A DNA stretch of 63,111 nucleotides from Myxococcota bacterium (GTDB taxonomy: Bacteria; Myxococcota_A; Polyangia; Polyangiales; Houyiibacteriaceae): contig JALOQC010000001.1 of NCBI GenBank assembly GCA_025453555.1, forward strand, positions 1-63,111, given 5' to 3'. The notes beneath the pieces are model-generated. The model did no database searches and was not told the DNA's origin. It worked only from the letters and a program-made list of their open reading frames with translations. Every line of letters begins with the position of its first letter. Positions within the stretch are counted from its first letter, which is position 1. The position numbers and the translations under genes were made by a program. This document shows, piece by piece, positions 11,979-21,449 of this stretch.

Positions 11979-12107
11979 TCGACGCCGATGCTCGATGGAA
12001 TTGGCGCGCGGTTCAAGCGGATCGCGTCGGGCGAACCCCCGCGACCTCCGCTTCTCCGAGGGTGAGCATCCGGCGGCGGACCCACGGTTCGCGCAGCTCG
12101 CGAGCTC

Positions 12108-13478
12108 TCAGAAGTCGCCGAGGCTCACGCCGCCCGTTCGATGTTGACGGCGTCGAGGCTCGCGTCGGGTCGAGTCGGAGGCTTCGACGGGCTCGATCGC
12201 GGTCGCCTCCGTCGCTCCCGTCGGAACGGCGTCGGTGGCCGCCACGTCCACTTCGTTCGGCGTTGCGGTCGTCGAGGGCACCGACGCGCCCGTTTCGTTC
12301 GGCGCTTCTGGCGAACTCGGCGACGTCGCGCTCGCTTCGTTCGGTGGGCTCGCGGTCGCGGACGCAGAGGTGGTCGGGGCGAGCGAACGTGCGTGGCCGG
12401 TCGGGCTCGGCTCGTCCGACGGACGCAGCGCCCAGCCGATCGCGAGCCCGATCACCACGATCGCGGCCGCTGCGAACCACAGCGTGCGGGGACGACGGAT
12501 CACCGTGCGCTCGAGGGTCGTGGTCGCGCCCGAGAGCTCGATGTCGTCGAGGGTCGGGTTCGTCGGGCCCGCCGACGGGAAGAGCCCGGAGACGTCGGCG
12601 TCGTCCGAGAAGCGCACGCCGGTGGTGATGGGCTCGAGCGCGGCCGCGAAGCTCGCGAGGTCGGGGAAACGATCCTTCGGCGACGTCGAGAGCGCGCGCA
12701 TCACCGCGGCCACGAAGGGGGGCGGCACGCGGGCGCTGAATCGGCGCGGCGCAGACTTGAGCTTCGACGCCGCGAGCTCCGCGTAGGTGTCGCCTTCGTG
12801 CGGGCCGATGCCTTCGACGAGCTCGTAGAGGATGCACGCGAGCGCGTACTGGTCGCAGCGGCCGTCGAGGTCCTTCAGCCCGCGGAGCTGCTCGGGCGCC
12901 ATGTAGAGCGGCGTGCCGAGCACGACGCCCGTCTGCGTGAGCGCGAGCTCGGGCGGACCGCCTTCGAGCTTCGAGATGCCGAAGTCGAGCACCTTGAGCG
13001 TGGTGTGGCCCGCGCCGTCCTCGGCGAGGAAGAGGTTGTCGGGCTTGAGGTCGCGGTGCACCACGCCCGCCGCGTGCGCCGCCGCCACCGCACGAAACGC
13101 GGGCATGATCAGGCGCACCGCGTCGGCGGGCGCGAGCGGCTCGCGGGCCTCCATCGCGTCGCCGAGGCTGCGGCCGACGAGGCGCTCCATCACGAGGAAG
13201 ACCGCGTCGTCGTGCTGACCGACGTCGTGGACCTTCACGACGTTCGGGTGCACCACGCGCCCAGCGGCGCGCGCTTCGCGGAAGAGCCGCGCGCGCTGCT
13301 CGGTGTCGTGGCCGGTCGCGGAGAGCCACTTGAGCGCGACCGGCGCGCCGGTGACGACGTGGCTCGCGGCGTAGACGACGCCCATCGCGCCGCGGCCGAG
13401 CAGACCTTCGATGCGGTACTTGCGCGCGACGACGGAACCGACGCTCGGCAAACCCGGGCTCGGCGACGTGGCGATCAA
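12108..13478 (-). CDS. Ser/Thr protein kinase with a C-terminal TM segment and a low-complexity tail
   Basis: ORF 12108..13676. Hanks motifs are present (GRGAMGVVY, ALKWL, HRDLKPDN, DFGISK, APEQ). The preferred start is TTG 13478, which has GGAGG 6 nt upstream. The annotated 13676 start would overlap an opposite-strand frame that has strong coding signal. Confidence 0.85.
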   Translation of the reverse strand: MIATSPSPGLPSVGSVVARKYRIEGLLGRGAMGVVYAASHVVTGAPVALKWLSATGHDTEQRARLFREARAAGRVVHPNVVKVHDVGQHDDAVFLVMERLVGRSLGDAMEAREPLAPADAVRLIMPAFRAVAAAHAAGVVHRDLKPDNLFLAEDGAGHTTLKVLDFGISKLEGGPPELALTQTGVVLGTPLYMAPEQLRGLKDLDGRCDQYALACILYELVEGIGPHEGDTYAELAASKLKSAPRRFSARVPPPFVAAVMRALSTSPKDRFPDLASFAAALEPITTGVRFSDDADVSGLFPSAGPTNPTLDDIELSGATTTLERTVIRRPRTLWFAAAAIVVIGLAIGWALRPSDEPSPTGHARSLAPTTSASATASPPNEASATSPSSPEAPNETGASVPSTTATPNEVDVAATDAVPTGATEATAIEPVEASDSTRREPRRRQHRTGGVSLGDF

Positions 13479-13602
13479 AGAGGGCCTCCGCTCGTCACGG
13501 GGAGAGGATAGCAGGGACGTGCCCCGGCTCCACGCGTTCCCTCGACACCCACCGCCGACGGCGGTGGGCGAGCTCTGGGGCTTCTTTCCCGACGCGTCGC
13601 CG

Positions 13603-13881
13603 ATGGCGGTGCGGCAGCTCGACAAGAACAGCGCGGCGACGCTGCGTTCGATCGACGTGTCGTCCATCGACTCCACCGGGCTCGGGCTCGGCGCGAGCGC
13701 GTGGGCCTTCGCGTTCTGGGGTGGCCGCTTCTACGTCTTCCACCAAGGCGTGCTCGACGACTCGACCGGCATCTACCGCGTCACGCCGGACACCGGCGTG
13801 GTGGAGCCGGTCCGCACGAGCATCGGCTACCGCATCGTCGGCGCGGGCGTGTCGACCTGCGCACCGACCGAGCTCATCTGA
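13603..13881 (+). CDS. Small ORF resembling the C-terminal piece of a larger secreted protein; possible gene remnant
   Basis: This is the 3' part of ORF 13411..13881 and has very high third-position GC. The sequence ...ASAWAFAFWGGRFYVFHQGVLDDSTGIYRVTPDTG...IGYRIVGAGVSTCAP has no signal peptide or N-terminal domain. The in-frame coding-like signal extends upstream to about 13519. Confidence 0.45.
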   Translation: MAVRQLDKNSAATLRSIDVSSIDSTGLGLGASAWAFAFWGGRFYVFHQGVLDDSTGIYRVTPDTGVVEPVRTSIGYRIVGAGVSTCAPTELI

Positions 13882-13912
13882 GTCGCGAAACCGCGGCGCG
13901 AGCGCGCCCCGT

Positions 13913-14033
13913 CGTGAGCGTGAACGTGAGCGTGAACGTGAGCGTGAACGTGAACGTGAGCGTGAACGTGAGCGTACGTGAGCGTGAACGTGAACGTGAA
14001 CGTGAACGTGAACGTGAACGTGAACGTGAACGT
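13913..14033. repeat. Hexanucleotide tandem repeat (CGTGAG/CGTGAA)n, about 20 units
   Basis: Read directly from the sequence. CGTGAG and CGTGAA units alternate, then there is one truncated CGTA unit, then about 9 pure CGTGAA units. The tract lies between two convergent gene ends (13881 and 14054). Confidence 0.95.
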
Positions 14034-14053
14034 TCAGTCGTGAACGGCGACGC

Positions 14054-14953
14054 TCAGCCGCCGGTCGCGCCTTCCTGATCCGTCGCGAGCTCCAGCTCGA
14101 GCTCCGCCTCCGCGAGGCCTTCGCCGTCCGCGGCGAGCTCGAACGCGCGGCCGTCGTAGCCGAACCAACCTTGCGCGATGAATGGGTTGAGCGGGCCCGA
14201 GTAGCTCGCGGAGAAGTAGACCATGCCCGCGCGCGGGGCGTCGCCGTCGACCAACACCCACGTCGTGCATTGCAGATCCGCGCAGCGCAGCGGGTGCTCG
14301 CCGTCGTACTCGGGACCCTCGGGGGAGTAGTACCAGTTCGCGCTCGTGCCGGGCACCGGTGCGCCCGGATCCGTCGGGTCGGCCGGGTCAGCCGCCGACG
14401 GATCGCGCAGCCGCAGCACGATTGGCCCCGACGGCGGCGCAGGCGCGGCGAGCGTGTCCACGTCGTCGCTCACGTCCTCCGCGTGCGCGACGTTGATCAC
14501 CGCGCGACCGCTCTCGTCGATGCAATACGTGCCGTCGCTCGGCAGCGTGAGGTGCAGGACCTGACGCGCGACCTCGTCGTCGCCCGGATGGACGATCGCG
14601 AACGCCGACGCGTACGGCTGGCAGCTCTCGGTCGGCGTCGCTTCGGTCACGCGCTCGGCCGTCACCGCGATCGCGGTCGTGATCGGCGCGTCGAGCACCC
14701 AGGTCGTGCACGGTGGCTCGCCTTCTTCGCAGCGCGCCGCGGTGGCCTCGAGCCAGAACGCGTCCGCGGGCTGCGGCTGCCAGAGCACGCGGCGCGAAGC
14801 CACCGGCGCGCCGTCCTCGTCGACCGTGACGATGCGCAGCGGTGGGCCGTCCTCGGGCGGCGCGGAGGAGCCTCCGCACGCCGACGCCCACGTGGTCCAC
14901 GCGGCCGCGAGGCTCCCCACGATCGCACGCCCGAAACGCCCACCCTCGATCAT
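14054..14953 (-). CDS. Hypothetical lipoprotein
   Basis: ORF 14054..15115. The preferred start is ATG 14953, giving MIEGGRFGRAIVGSLAAAWTTWASACGG (lipobox). The protein is Cys-containing, secreted-type and acidic. Confidence 0.65.
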   Translation of the reverse strand: MIEGGRFGRAIVGSLAAAWTTWASACGGSSAPPEDGPPLRIVTVDEDGAPVASRRVLWQPQPADAFWLEATAARCEEGEPPCTTWVLDAPITTAIAVTAERVTEATPTESCQPYASAFAIVHPGDDEVARQVLHLTLPSDGTYCIDESGRAVINVAHAEDVSDDVDTLAAPAPPSGPIVLRLRDPSAADPADPTDPGAPVPGTSANWYYSPEGPEYDGEHPLRCADLQCTTWVLVDGDAPRAGMVYFSASYSGPLNPFIAQGWFGYDGRAFELAADGEGLAEAELELELATDQEGATGG

Positions 14954-15171
14954 GCGCGGCAGCGTATCTGGCGCACGAAGCCGAGCACGCCGACCCCGTG
15001 CGAACTCGTCTGTCGGCTCCGCGCGGGCGCGTGCGATGCGAAGCCAGCGCGCCTCACCGAAGCGCGGGCGTTCGTGGATCGGCCCCGGGCCTGAGTCGGC
15101 GCGCGCGGCCGCCATCCGAGGCGTGAGCGGTGGGACTTGCGCGCGCCCCTCCTTTTCAACAATGTTTCGCG

Positions 15172-16257
15172 ATGGCGCTCCCCCTCAGCTTTTTCGAGAA
15201 GCTTCCGAAGACCGATCTCCACGTCCACCTCGACGGTTCGATGCGCATCGAGACCGTCCTCGACCTCGCGGACAAGGACGGCATCCAGCTCCCCTCCGAC
15301 ACTCCGGACGGCCTCAAGCGCGCGCTGCACCTCGGTGAGAACACCGGCTCGCTCGTCGAGTACCTCAAGGCGTTCGACACCACGCTCAAGGTCCTGCAGA
15401 CGAGCGCGTCGCTCTACCGAGCGGCCTACGAGCTCGCGGAGGACGCGGCGCGCGAGAACGTCCGCTACATGGAGGTCCGCTACGCCCCGATGCTGCACAC
15501 CCGGCAGGGCTTGCCGCTGACGACGGTGGTCGAGGCGGTGCTCGAGGGTCTGCGCGACGCGCAGAAGGACTACGGCATCCGCGCGAACATCATCATCTGC
15601 GGCATCCGCAACATCTCGCCCGCGTCCTCGCTCGAGATGGCGCAGCTCGCGGTGGCCTACAAGAACCGCGGCGTGATCGCGTACGACCTCGCCGGCGCGG
15701 AGTACGACCATCCCGCGAAGAACCACCTCGAAGCGTTCCAGCTCGTGCGCGACAACAACATCAGCGTGACCATCCACGCGGGTGAGGCGTACGGGCCCGA
15801 GTCGATCCATCAGGCGATCCACGACTGCGGCGCGCACCGAATCGGTCACGGTTGTCGGCTGCGCGAGGACGGCGACCTGCTGCACTACGTCAACGATCAC
15901 CGCATCGCGCTGGAGTGTTGTCCCTCGTCGAACGTGCAGACCGGCGCGGTGCGCGATCTCGCGAGCCACCCGCTGCGCCTCTACCACCACCTCGGTCTGC
16001 GCGTCACGATCAACACCGACAACCGGCTCGTCACCGACACCACCGTGAGCCGCGAACTCTGGCTCACGCACACGCAGATGCGCATGAGCGTCGACGACAT
16101 CCGCAAGATGGTGGTCAACGGCTTCAAGTCGTCGTTCCTGCCGTTCCACGAGAAGCAGCAGATGCTCCGCCACGTGGTGAAGGAGCTCGATCTGATCGAC
16201 CCGAAGGACTTCCACGAAGAGCCGACGGGAACGCACTCGGCGCACGCGCCGAGCTGA
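15172..16257 (+). CDS. add: Adenosine deaminase
   Basis: ORF 15130..16257, with probable start ATG 15172. Motifs include LPKTDLHVHLDGS, HAGE, IGHG and TINTDN, which are metal-dependent adenosine deaminase signatures. Confidence 0.9.
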   Translation: MALPLSFFEKLPKTDLHVHLDGSMRIETVLDLADKDGIQLPSDTPDGLKRALHLGENTGSLVEYLKAFDTTLKVLQTSASLYRAAYELAEDAARENVRYMEVRYAPMLHTRQGLPLTTVVEAVLEGLRDAQKDYGIRANIIICGIRNISPASSLEMAQLAVAYKNRGVIAYDLAGAEYDHPAKNHLEAFQLVRDNNISVTIHAGEAYGPESIHQAIHDCGAHRIGHGCRLREDGDLLHYVNDHRIALECCPSSNVQTGAVRDLASHPLRLYHHLGLRVTINTDNRLVTDTTVSRELWLTHTQMRMSVDDIRKMVVNGFKSSFLPFHEKQQMLRHVVKELDLIDPKDFHEEPTGTHSAHAPS

Positions 16258-16303
16258 GCTCGCGGGACGCTGGGTTGCGCTGCTGCCCGGCGCGCGAGAG
16301 CCG

Positions 16304-17125
16304 ATGACGCTCGTCGACGCCCACTGCCACCTCGACTTCGAGGCCTTCGACGCCGACCGCGACGAGGTGCTCGATCGCGCGGCGGCGCTGGGCGTTCGTG
16401 CGATCGTGATCCCCGGCGTGCACTCCGCGCAGTGGGCGCGCGCAGCGGCGCTCGTGCGACGAGGGCATCCACGCGTGCGGCTCGCGATGGCGGTCGGTTG
16501 GCATCCGGAGCACCTCGAGGCGCTCGTCCACCACACGCGCGGTGACGAAAGCGACGACGTGCGCGACGCAGCGTCCGGCGGCAGCGCGGCCCGCGACCGC
16601 GAGCCGCTCGTGACGCAGATCGTCCGCGCGGCGAGCGAGCTCGGCGCGGTCGCGATCGGCGAGTGTGGCCTCGACCGACGCGTCGAGGCACGGGTGAGCC
16701 TCGAGCGACAGCGCGAGGTGCTCGACGCCCACGTCGAAGCCGCGAAGCGCTCCGGGCTCCCGCTCGTACTCCACGTGGTGCGTCGCGACGGGGCGCTCCT
16801 CGACGCGCTCCGTCCGCACGCGCCGCTCCGCGGCATGGTCCACGCGTTCACCGGAGGTCCCGAGCTCGCGCGCGAGTACGTCGCGCTCGGGCTCCACGTC
16901 TCGTTCGGCGGCGGGCTCACGCGACCGAACGCGCGGCGGGCGCGCGACGCGGCGGCGGTCGTGCCGGCCGAGCGCGTGTTGATCGAGACCGACGCTCCCG
17001 ATCAGACCCCGCACGGCGCGCCGAGCCCGCGCAACGAGCCCTCGTTCCTCCCGCTGGTGCGTGACGCGCTCGCACGACCGGAGATCGACGTCGCAGGCAA
17101 CGCCATCGCGCTCTTCGGGATTTGA
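16304..17125 (+). CDS. TatD family metal-dependent hydrolase
   Basis: ORF 16304..17125. It has the MTLVDAHCHLDF N-terminal motif, IGECGLD, and LHVV...H with ETDAPD at the C-terminus. Confidence 0.85.
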   Translation: MTLVDAHCHLDFEAFDADRDEVLDRAAALGVRAIVIPGVHSAQWARAAALVRRGHPRVRLAMAVGWHPEHLEALVHHTRGDESDDVRDAASGGSAARDREPLVTQIVRAASELGAVAIGECGLDRRVEARVSLERQREVLDAHVEAAKRSGLPLVLHVVRRDGALLDALRPHAPLRGMVHAFTGGPELAREYVALGLHVSFGGGLTRPNARRARDAAAVVPAERVLIETDAPDQTPHGAPSPRNEPSFLPLVRDALARPEIDVAGNAIALFGI

Positions 17126-17208
17126 CCTCCGCCTCCGAAGACTCCGGTCGGGCGGCTCGAGGACCGAGACGCTGGCTCGTGGGCGCCACGCTCGCGCGCG
17201 AACGGGCG

Positions 17209-17279
17209 CCTCACGGACGGCCACCTCACGGACGGCCACCTCACGGACGGCCGCCTCACGGACGGCCGTCTCACGGACG
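17209..17279. repeat. 15-nt tandem repeat (CCTCACGGACGGCCR), about 4.7 copies
   Basis: Read directly from the sequence. It is intergenic, between the tatD-like stop (17125) and the next start (17338). Confidence 0.9.
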
Positions 17280-17337
17280 AAGCGAGCGTTCGAACCGCAT
17301 CACGTGAGTTTTTCTGGTCGCCTGCTACATCGGGCTC

Positions 17338-17760
17338 GTGCGAACCGCGGCCTTCCTCCTCGCGATCGTCGGCGCCGTCGCGTGCGTCGGGCTCGGGCTC
17401 TTCCTCGTCGGGAGCGCCTACGCGCGCGGCGAGCAGGTGGAGCGACTGGAGACCAGCGAGCACCGCGCACGCTTCGGGGAAGGCGCGCGCATGGGGCGCG
17501 CCGATGCCGACGCGCGCAAACACGCCGCGATCGCGCTGCTCGTGGGTGGCGCGCTCGGCGCGATCGGCGCGGGTCTCGTGCGCAAGCGTCCGGTCGTCGC
17601 GGCGCCGTTCCTGCTCGTCGGAGGTGTCGCGCCGGCGGTGGTCGCGCTCTGGGCGGTGTGTCCCTCCGCGCCCCTCGCGCTCGCCGCGCTCGTGGCGTTC
17701 GTCGGCAAAGACGAAGAGCCGCCCGCGGAGGCGCCTGCCTACGAGCCGCGCACCTGGTAG
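17338..17760 (+). CDS. Hypothetical small membrane protein
   Basis: ORF 17338..17760 with a GTG start. Three hydrophobic helices are present (AAFLLAIVGAVACVGLGLFLV, AAIALLVGGALGAIGAGLV, LLVGGVAPAVVALWAV...). Confidence 0.55.
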   Translation: MRTAAFLLAIVGAVACVGLGLFLVGSAYARGEQVERLETSEHRARFGEGARMGRADADARKHAAIALLVGGALGAIGAGLVRKRPVVAAPFLLVGGVAPAVVALWAVCPSAPLALAALVAFVGKDEEPPAEAPAYEPRTW

Positions 17761-17879
17761 CCACGCGTACGTCGCCGTTCCTTCCGCTACCACTCGCTCG
17801 AGGTCGACGCTCGCGTCGTTCGCCTTCGTTGGACACGCGCGCGGCTCGAACTTCCCGTCGGGCGTACTACCGTTCACCG

Positions 17880-20117
17880 ATGGACCTTCGCCGTTCTGGA
17901 TGGCTCCTCGTCGTGCTCTTTGCCTGCGCTTCGGGTGCTGGATCTTCGGTGGACGGAGGGCGCCGCGACGACGACGACGCGGGCACGGACGACGTCGGAC
18001 CGCCGGACCCGCCTTCCATCTGCGGGAACGGCACGATCGAGATCGGAGAAGAGTGCGACCTCGGTGCGCTCGGCGACGCGACGTGCGAGTCGCTCGGATA
18101 CGCAGGCGGTTTGCTCGCCTGCGACTCGCTCTGCGCGTTCGACAAGAGCGCTTGCGTCGAAGCGGCATGTGGCAACGGCGTGGTCGACGGCGAAGAAGAG
18201 TGCGATGGCGCCGACGTCGGCCCGGCGGATTGCGCGACCGAAGGGTTCGTCGACGGAGAGCTCCGTTGCGGCGCCGACTGCGAGCTCGACACGTCCGCGT
18301 GTCGAGCGTGTGGAGATGGCGTGGTCGATCTCGGCGAGGAGTGCGACGGCGCCGCGTTGGCCGGCGAGACGTGCGCGACCCGTGGCTTCACCGGCGGCGA
18401 GCTGGCATGCGACGCGACGTGTGGCTTCGACACGAGCGCGTGCACCTCGGTGAGCTGCGGCAACGGCACCCGCGAGGCATCGGAGGTCTGCGACGGCAGC
18501 GATCTCGGCGACGCGAGCTGCGCGACGCTCGGCTTCGTCCGCGGCACGCTGCGCTGTGGTGACGGCTGCACCTTCGACGTCTCGGGTTGTGACAACTGCG
18601 GGAACGGCGTCGTGAACGGTGCCGAGGCCTGTGATGGCGACGACCTCGGCGGCCAGACCTGCGCGACGCGTGGCTTCACCCGCGGGACCCTCGCGTGCGA
18701 CGCGGCATGTGGCTTCGACACCAGCCGCTGCATCATCGCCGCGTGTGGCAACGGCGCGCTCGAGCCGGGCGAGGCGTGCGACGACGGCAACGACGCGAGC
18801 AACGACGGCTGCAGCGCGAGCTGCGCGGTCGAGGCCGGCTGGACGTGCGCGTTCACGCCGTCCGTCTGTTCGCCCATCTGCGGCGACGGAATGCTCCGTG
18901 GCGGTGAGGTCTGCGACGGCGCGAACCTCGGGGGACAGTCCTGTACGACGCAGGGCTTCGTCACCGGCACGCTCCGCTGCGGCGCGAGCTGCACCTTCGA
19001 CACCTCGGCGTGCGCGAACACGACCTGCGGCAACGGCCTTCTCGACGGCGCCACCGAGGAGTGCGACGACGGAAACACCGTGCGCTTCGACGGCTGCGAC
19101 TCGGGCTGCCAGGTCGAGGCGGGCTATCACCTGCCGGTGCGCCTGCGTGGTGGTGAAGGGAGCAACCACGGGCGGGTCGAGGTGCTCCTCGAAGGCACGT
19201 GGCGCGACGTGTGCGACGACACCCCGGCCGCGAGCCAGCAGGCGTTCGCGAACGTGGTCTGTCGACAGCTCGGCTACACCGGCACGGGGCACCAGTTCCT
19301 CACCGCGTTCGGCGGTGGGACCGCGACGCCCGCGATGGACGACGTGGCGTGCACCGGCAGCGAGAGCACGCTCGCACAGTGTCCGTTCGCGGGGTGGGGA
19401 CGCGAGAACTGCAGCGCGTTCGAGGCGGTCGGCGTGCGTTGTGCCCCGGCCGAGGGAGACATCCGCTTGGTCGACGGACCGAGCGGCATGGAGGGGCGCC
19501 TCCAGATCTTTCACGCCGGGGCGTGGGGCGAGGTGTGCGACGACTACTTCGACGGGGCCTACGACGACTTCGGCTACAACGAGGTCACCGTATGCCAGCA
19601 GCTCGGCTACGAAAACGGGGTGTTTCTCTCGACCTACGACTCGCCGACGGCGACCTTCGTCCTCGACGACGTCAATTGCACGGGCACGGAGCGACGCCTC
19701 GGTGATTGTCTGCATCCTCCGTACGGAACCGAGAACTGCTTCACGACCGAAGGCACCGGCATCCGCTGCGACGTCCACACGGAAGGTGACGTGCGGCTCG
19801 TCGGTGGAACCGCGCGTAACAATGGTCGTATCGAGGTGCTTCGATCCGGAGTTTGGGGCACGATCTGCGACGATTTCTTGAGCACGGTGGACACACGTCA
19901 GAGCAATTTCATCGCGGTCGGGTGTCGTCAGCTCGGGTTCACGACGGGCGGGACCGCGCTCCTCGGCTCCGCGGTCGCAGACGGGGTCGACCCCATCTGG
20001 CTCGACGACCTGAGCTGCGGTGGCGGCGAAGCGCAGATCGGCCTCTGTGGCTCGCTCGGGTGGGGGGTCCACAACTGCTCCCACTCCGAGGACATCGGGC
20101 TGAGCTGCATCCCTTGA
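17880..20117 (+). CDS. Lipoprotein with about 9 Myxococcus-type cysteine-rich repeats followed by three SRCR (scavenger receptor cysteine-rich) domains
   Basis: This is the C-terminal 745 aa of ORF 17061..20117. ATG 17880 gives MDLRRSGWLLVVLFACASG (lipobox). It has repeated CGNG..(E/D)xCD...C...G(F/Y)..G.L.C...C.FD.S.C units. These are followed by three blocks of VRL.GG...GR.EV...G.WG..CDD...VVCRQLG...C.G.E..L..C....WG..NC.H.ED.G..C at about 19137-19444, 19461-19772 and 19791-20114. Confidence 0.85.
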   Translation: MDLRRSGWLLVVLFACASGAGSSVDGGRRDDDDAGTDDVGPPDPPSICGNGTIEIGEECDLGALGDATCESLGYAGGLLACDSLCAFDKSACVEAACGNGVVDGEEECDGADVGPADCATEGFVDGELRCGADCELDTSACRACGDGVVDLGEECDGAALAGETCATRGFTGGELACDATCGFDTSACTSVSCGNGTREASEVCDGSDLGDASCATLGFVRGTLRCGDGCTFDVSGCDNCGNGVVNGAEACDGDDLGGQTCATRGFTRGTLACDAACGFDTSRCIIAACGNGALEPGEACDDGNDASNDGCSASCAVEAGWTCAFTPSVCSPICGDGMLRGGEVCDGANLGGQSCTTQGFVTGTLRCGASCTFDTSACANTTCGNGLLDGATEECDDGNTVRFDGCDSGCQVEAGYHLPVRLRGGEGSNHGRVEVLLEGTWRDVCDDTPAASQQAFANVVCRQLGYTGTGHQFLTAFGGGTATPAMDDVACTGSESTLAQCPFAGWGRENCSAFEAVGVRCAPAEGDIRLVDGPSGMEGRLQIFHAGAWGEVCDDYFDGAYDDFGYNEVTVCQQLGYENGVFLSTYDSPTATFVLDDVNCTGTERRLGDCLHPPYGTENCFTTEGTGIRCDVHTEGDVRLVGGTARNNGRIEVLRSGVWGTICDDFLSTVDTRQSNFIAVGCRQLGFTTGGTALLGSAVADGVDPIWLDDLSCGGGEAQIGLCGSLGWGVHNCSHSEDIGLSCIP

Positions 20118-20570
20118 GGTCGACGCCGCACGGCGACCGTTCACCGTTTCAATTGTGAAATCCACTCGCGGTAAGAGCGCGCGCAGCGGCGAGAGGAAAC
20201 GCAGAACGCGAGTAGGCAAGATCCTCAAGGAAGTCGAGCTCTTACGTGCATGCTTCAGGGGGCGGTCGGCGTCCTTTGCCTCGTGACCTTGCACCTGTAA
20301 CGCGTTGCGTCATGACACGGTGCGTCATTGGGACTTCCAAGGTTCGCGAGCGGCCCGGCTCGCGTCCCGCCGCGAGGCTCGCTTGCACCCCCTTCACACC
20401 GCTGCGGAGTTGGATCGGTCGCCCGACGGCTGGGGTCGACGCATCCCCGCAGAGAGTGCTCCTGCTGGCGACTCCGCCCGCCACTCCGTGGGCGGCTCGA
20501 GCCAACGAGCGCTCTCGCAACACCCGAAGACTCGCCCCTTCGTGAGGGCCTTCCTGACGTTTTACGTCCC

Positions 20571-20586
20571 TGGTCCGACGCTTGCT
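20571..20586 (+). promoter_or_regulatory. Candidate sigma-54 (-24/-12) promoter upstream of the 20613 operon
   Basis: TGGTCCGACGCTTGCT matches TGGCACG-N4-TTGCW with exact GG/GC spacing. It lies 27 nt upstream of ATG 20613, with GGAGG at 20599-20603. This is a sequence match only. Confidence 0.3.
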
Positions 20587-20612
20587 GAAGTTCTCGGCGG
20601 AGGCTGTAGTCG

Positions 20613-21445
<833 letters not shown>

Positions 21446-21449
<4 letters not shown>

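Noticed and set aside
12013-13511. Alternative-frame ORFs within the second kinase gene (12013..13329 minus, 12141..13511 plus, and others)
   Set aside because: The frame of 12108..13676 contains the complete set of Hanks kinase motifs. The others are Arg-rich artefacts.
13913-14033. Possible CRISPR array or coding VNVS/ERER repeat protein
   Set aside because: The units are 6 nt with no unique spacers, so it is not a CRISPR array. All frames are open only because of the repeat, and there is no start context or flanking coding signal.
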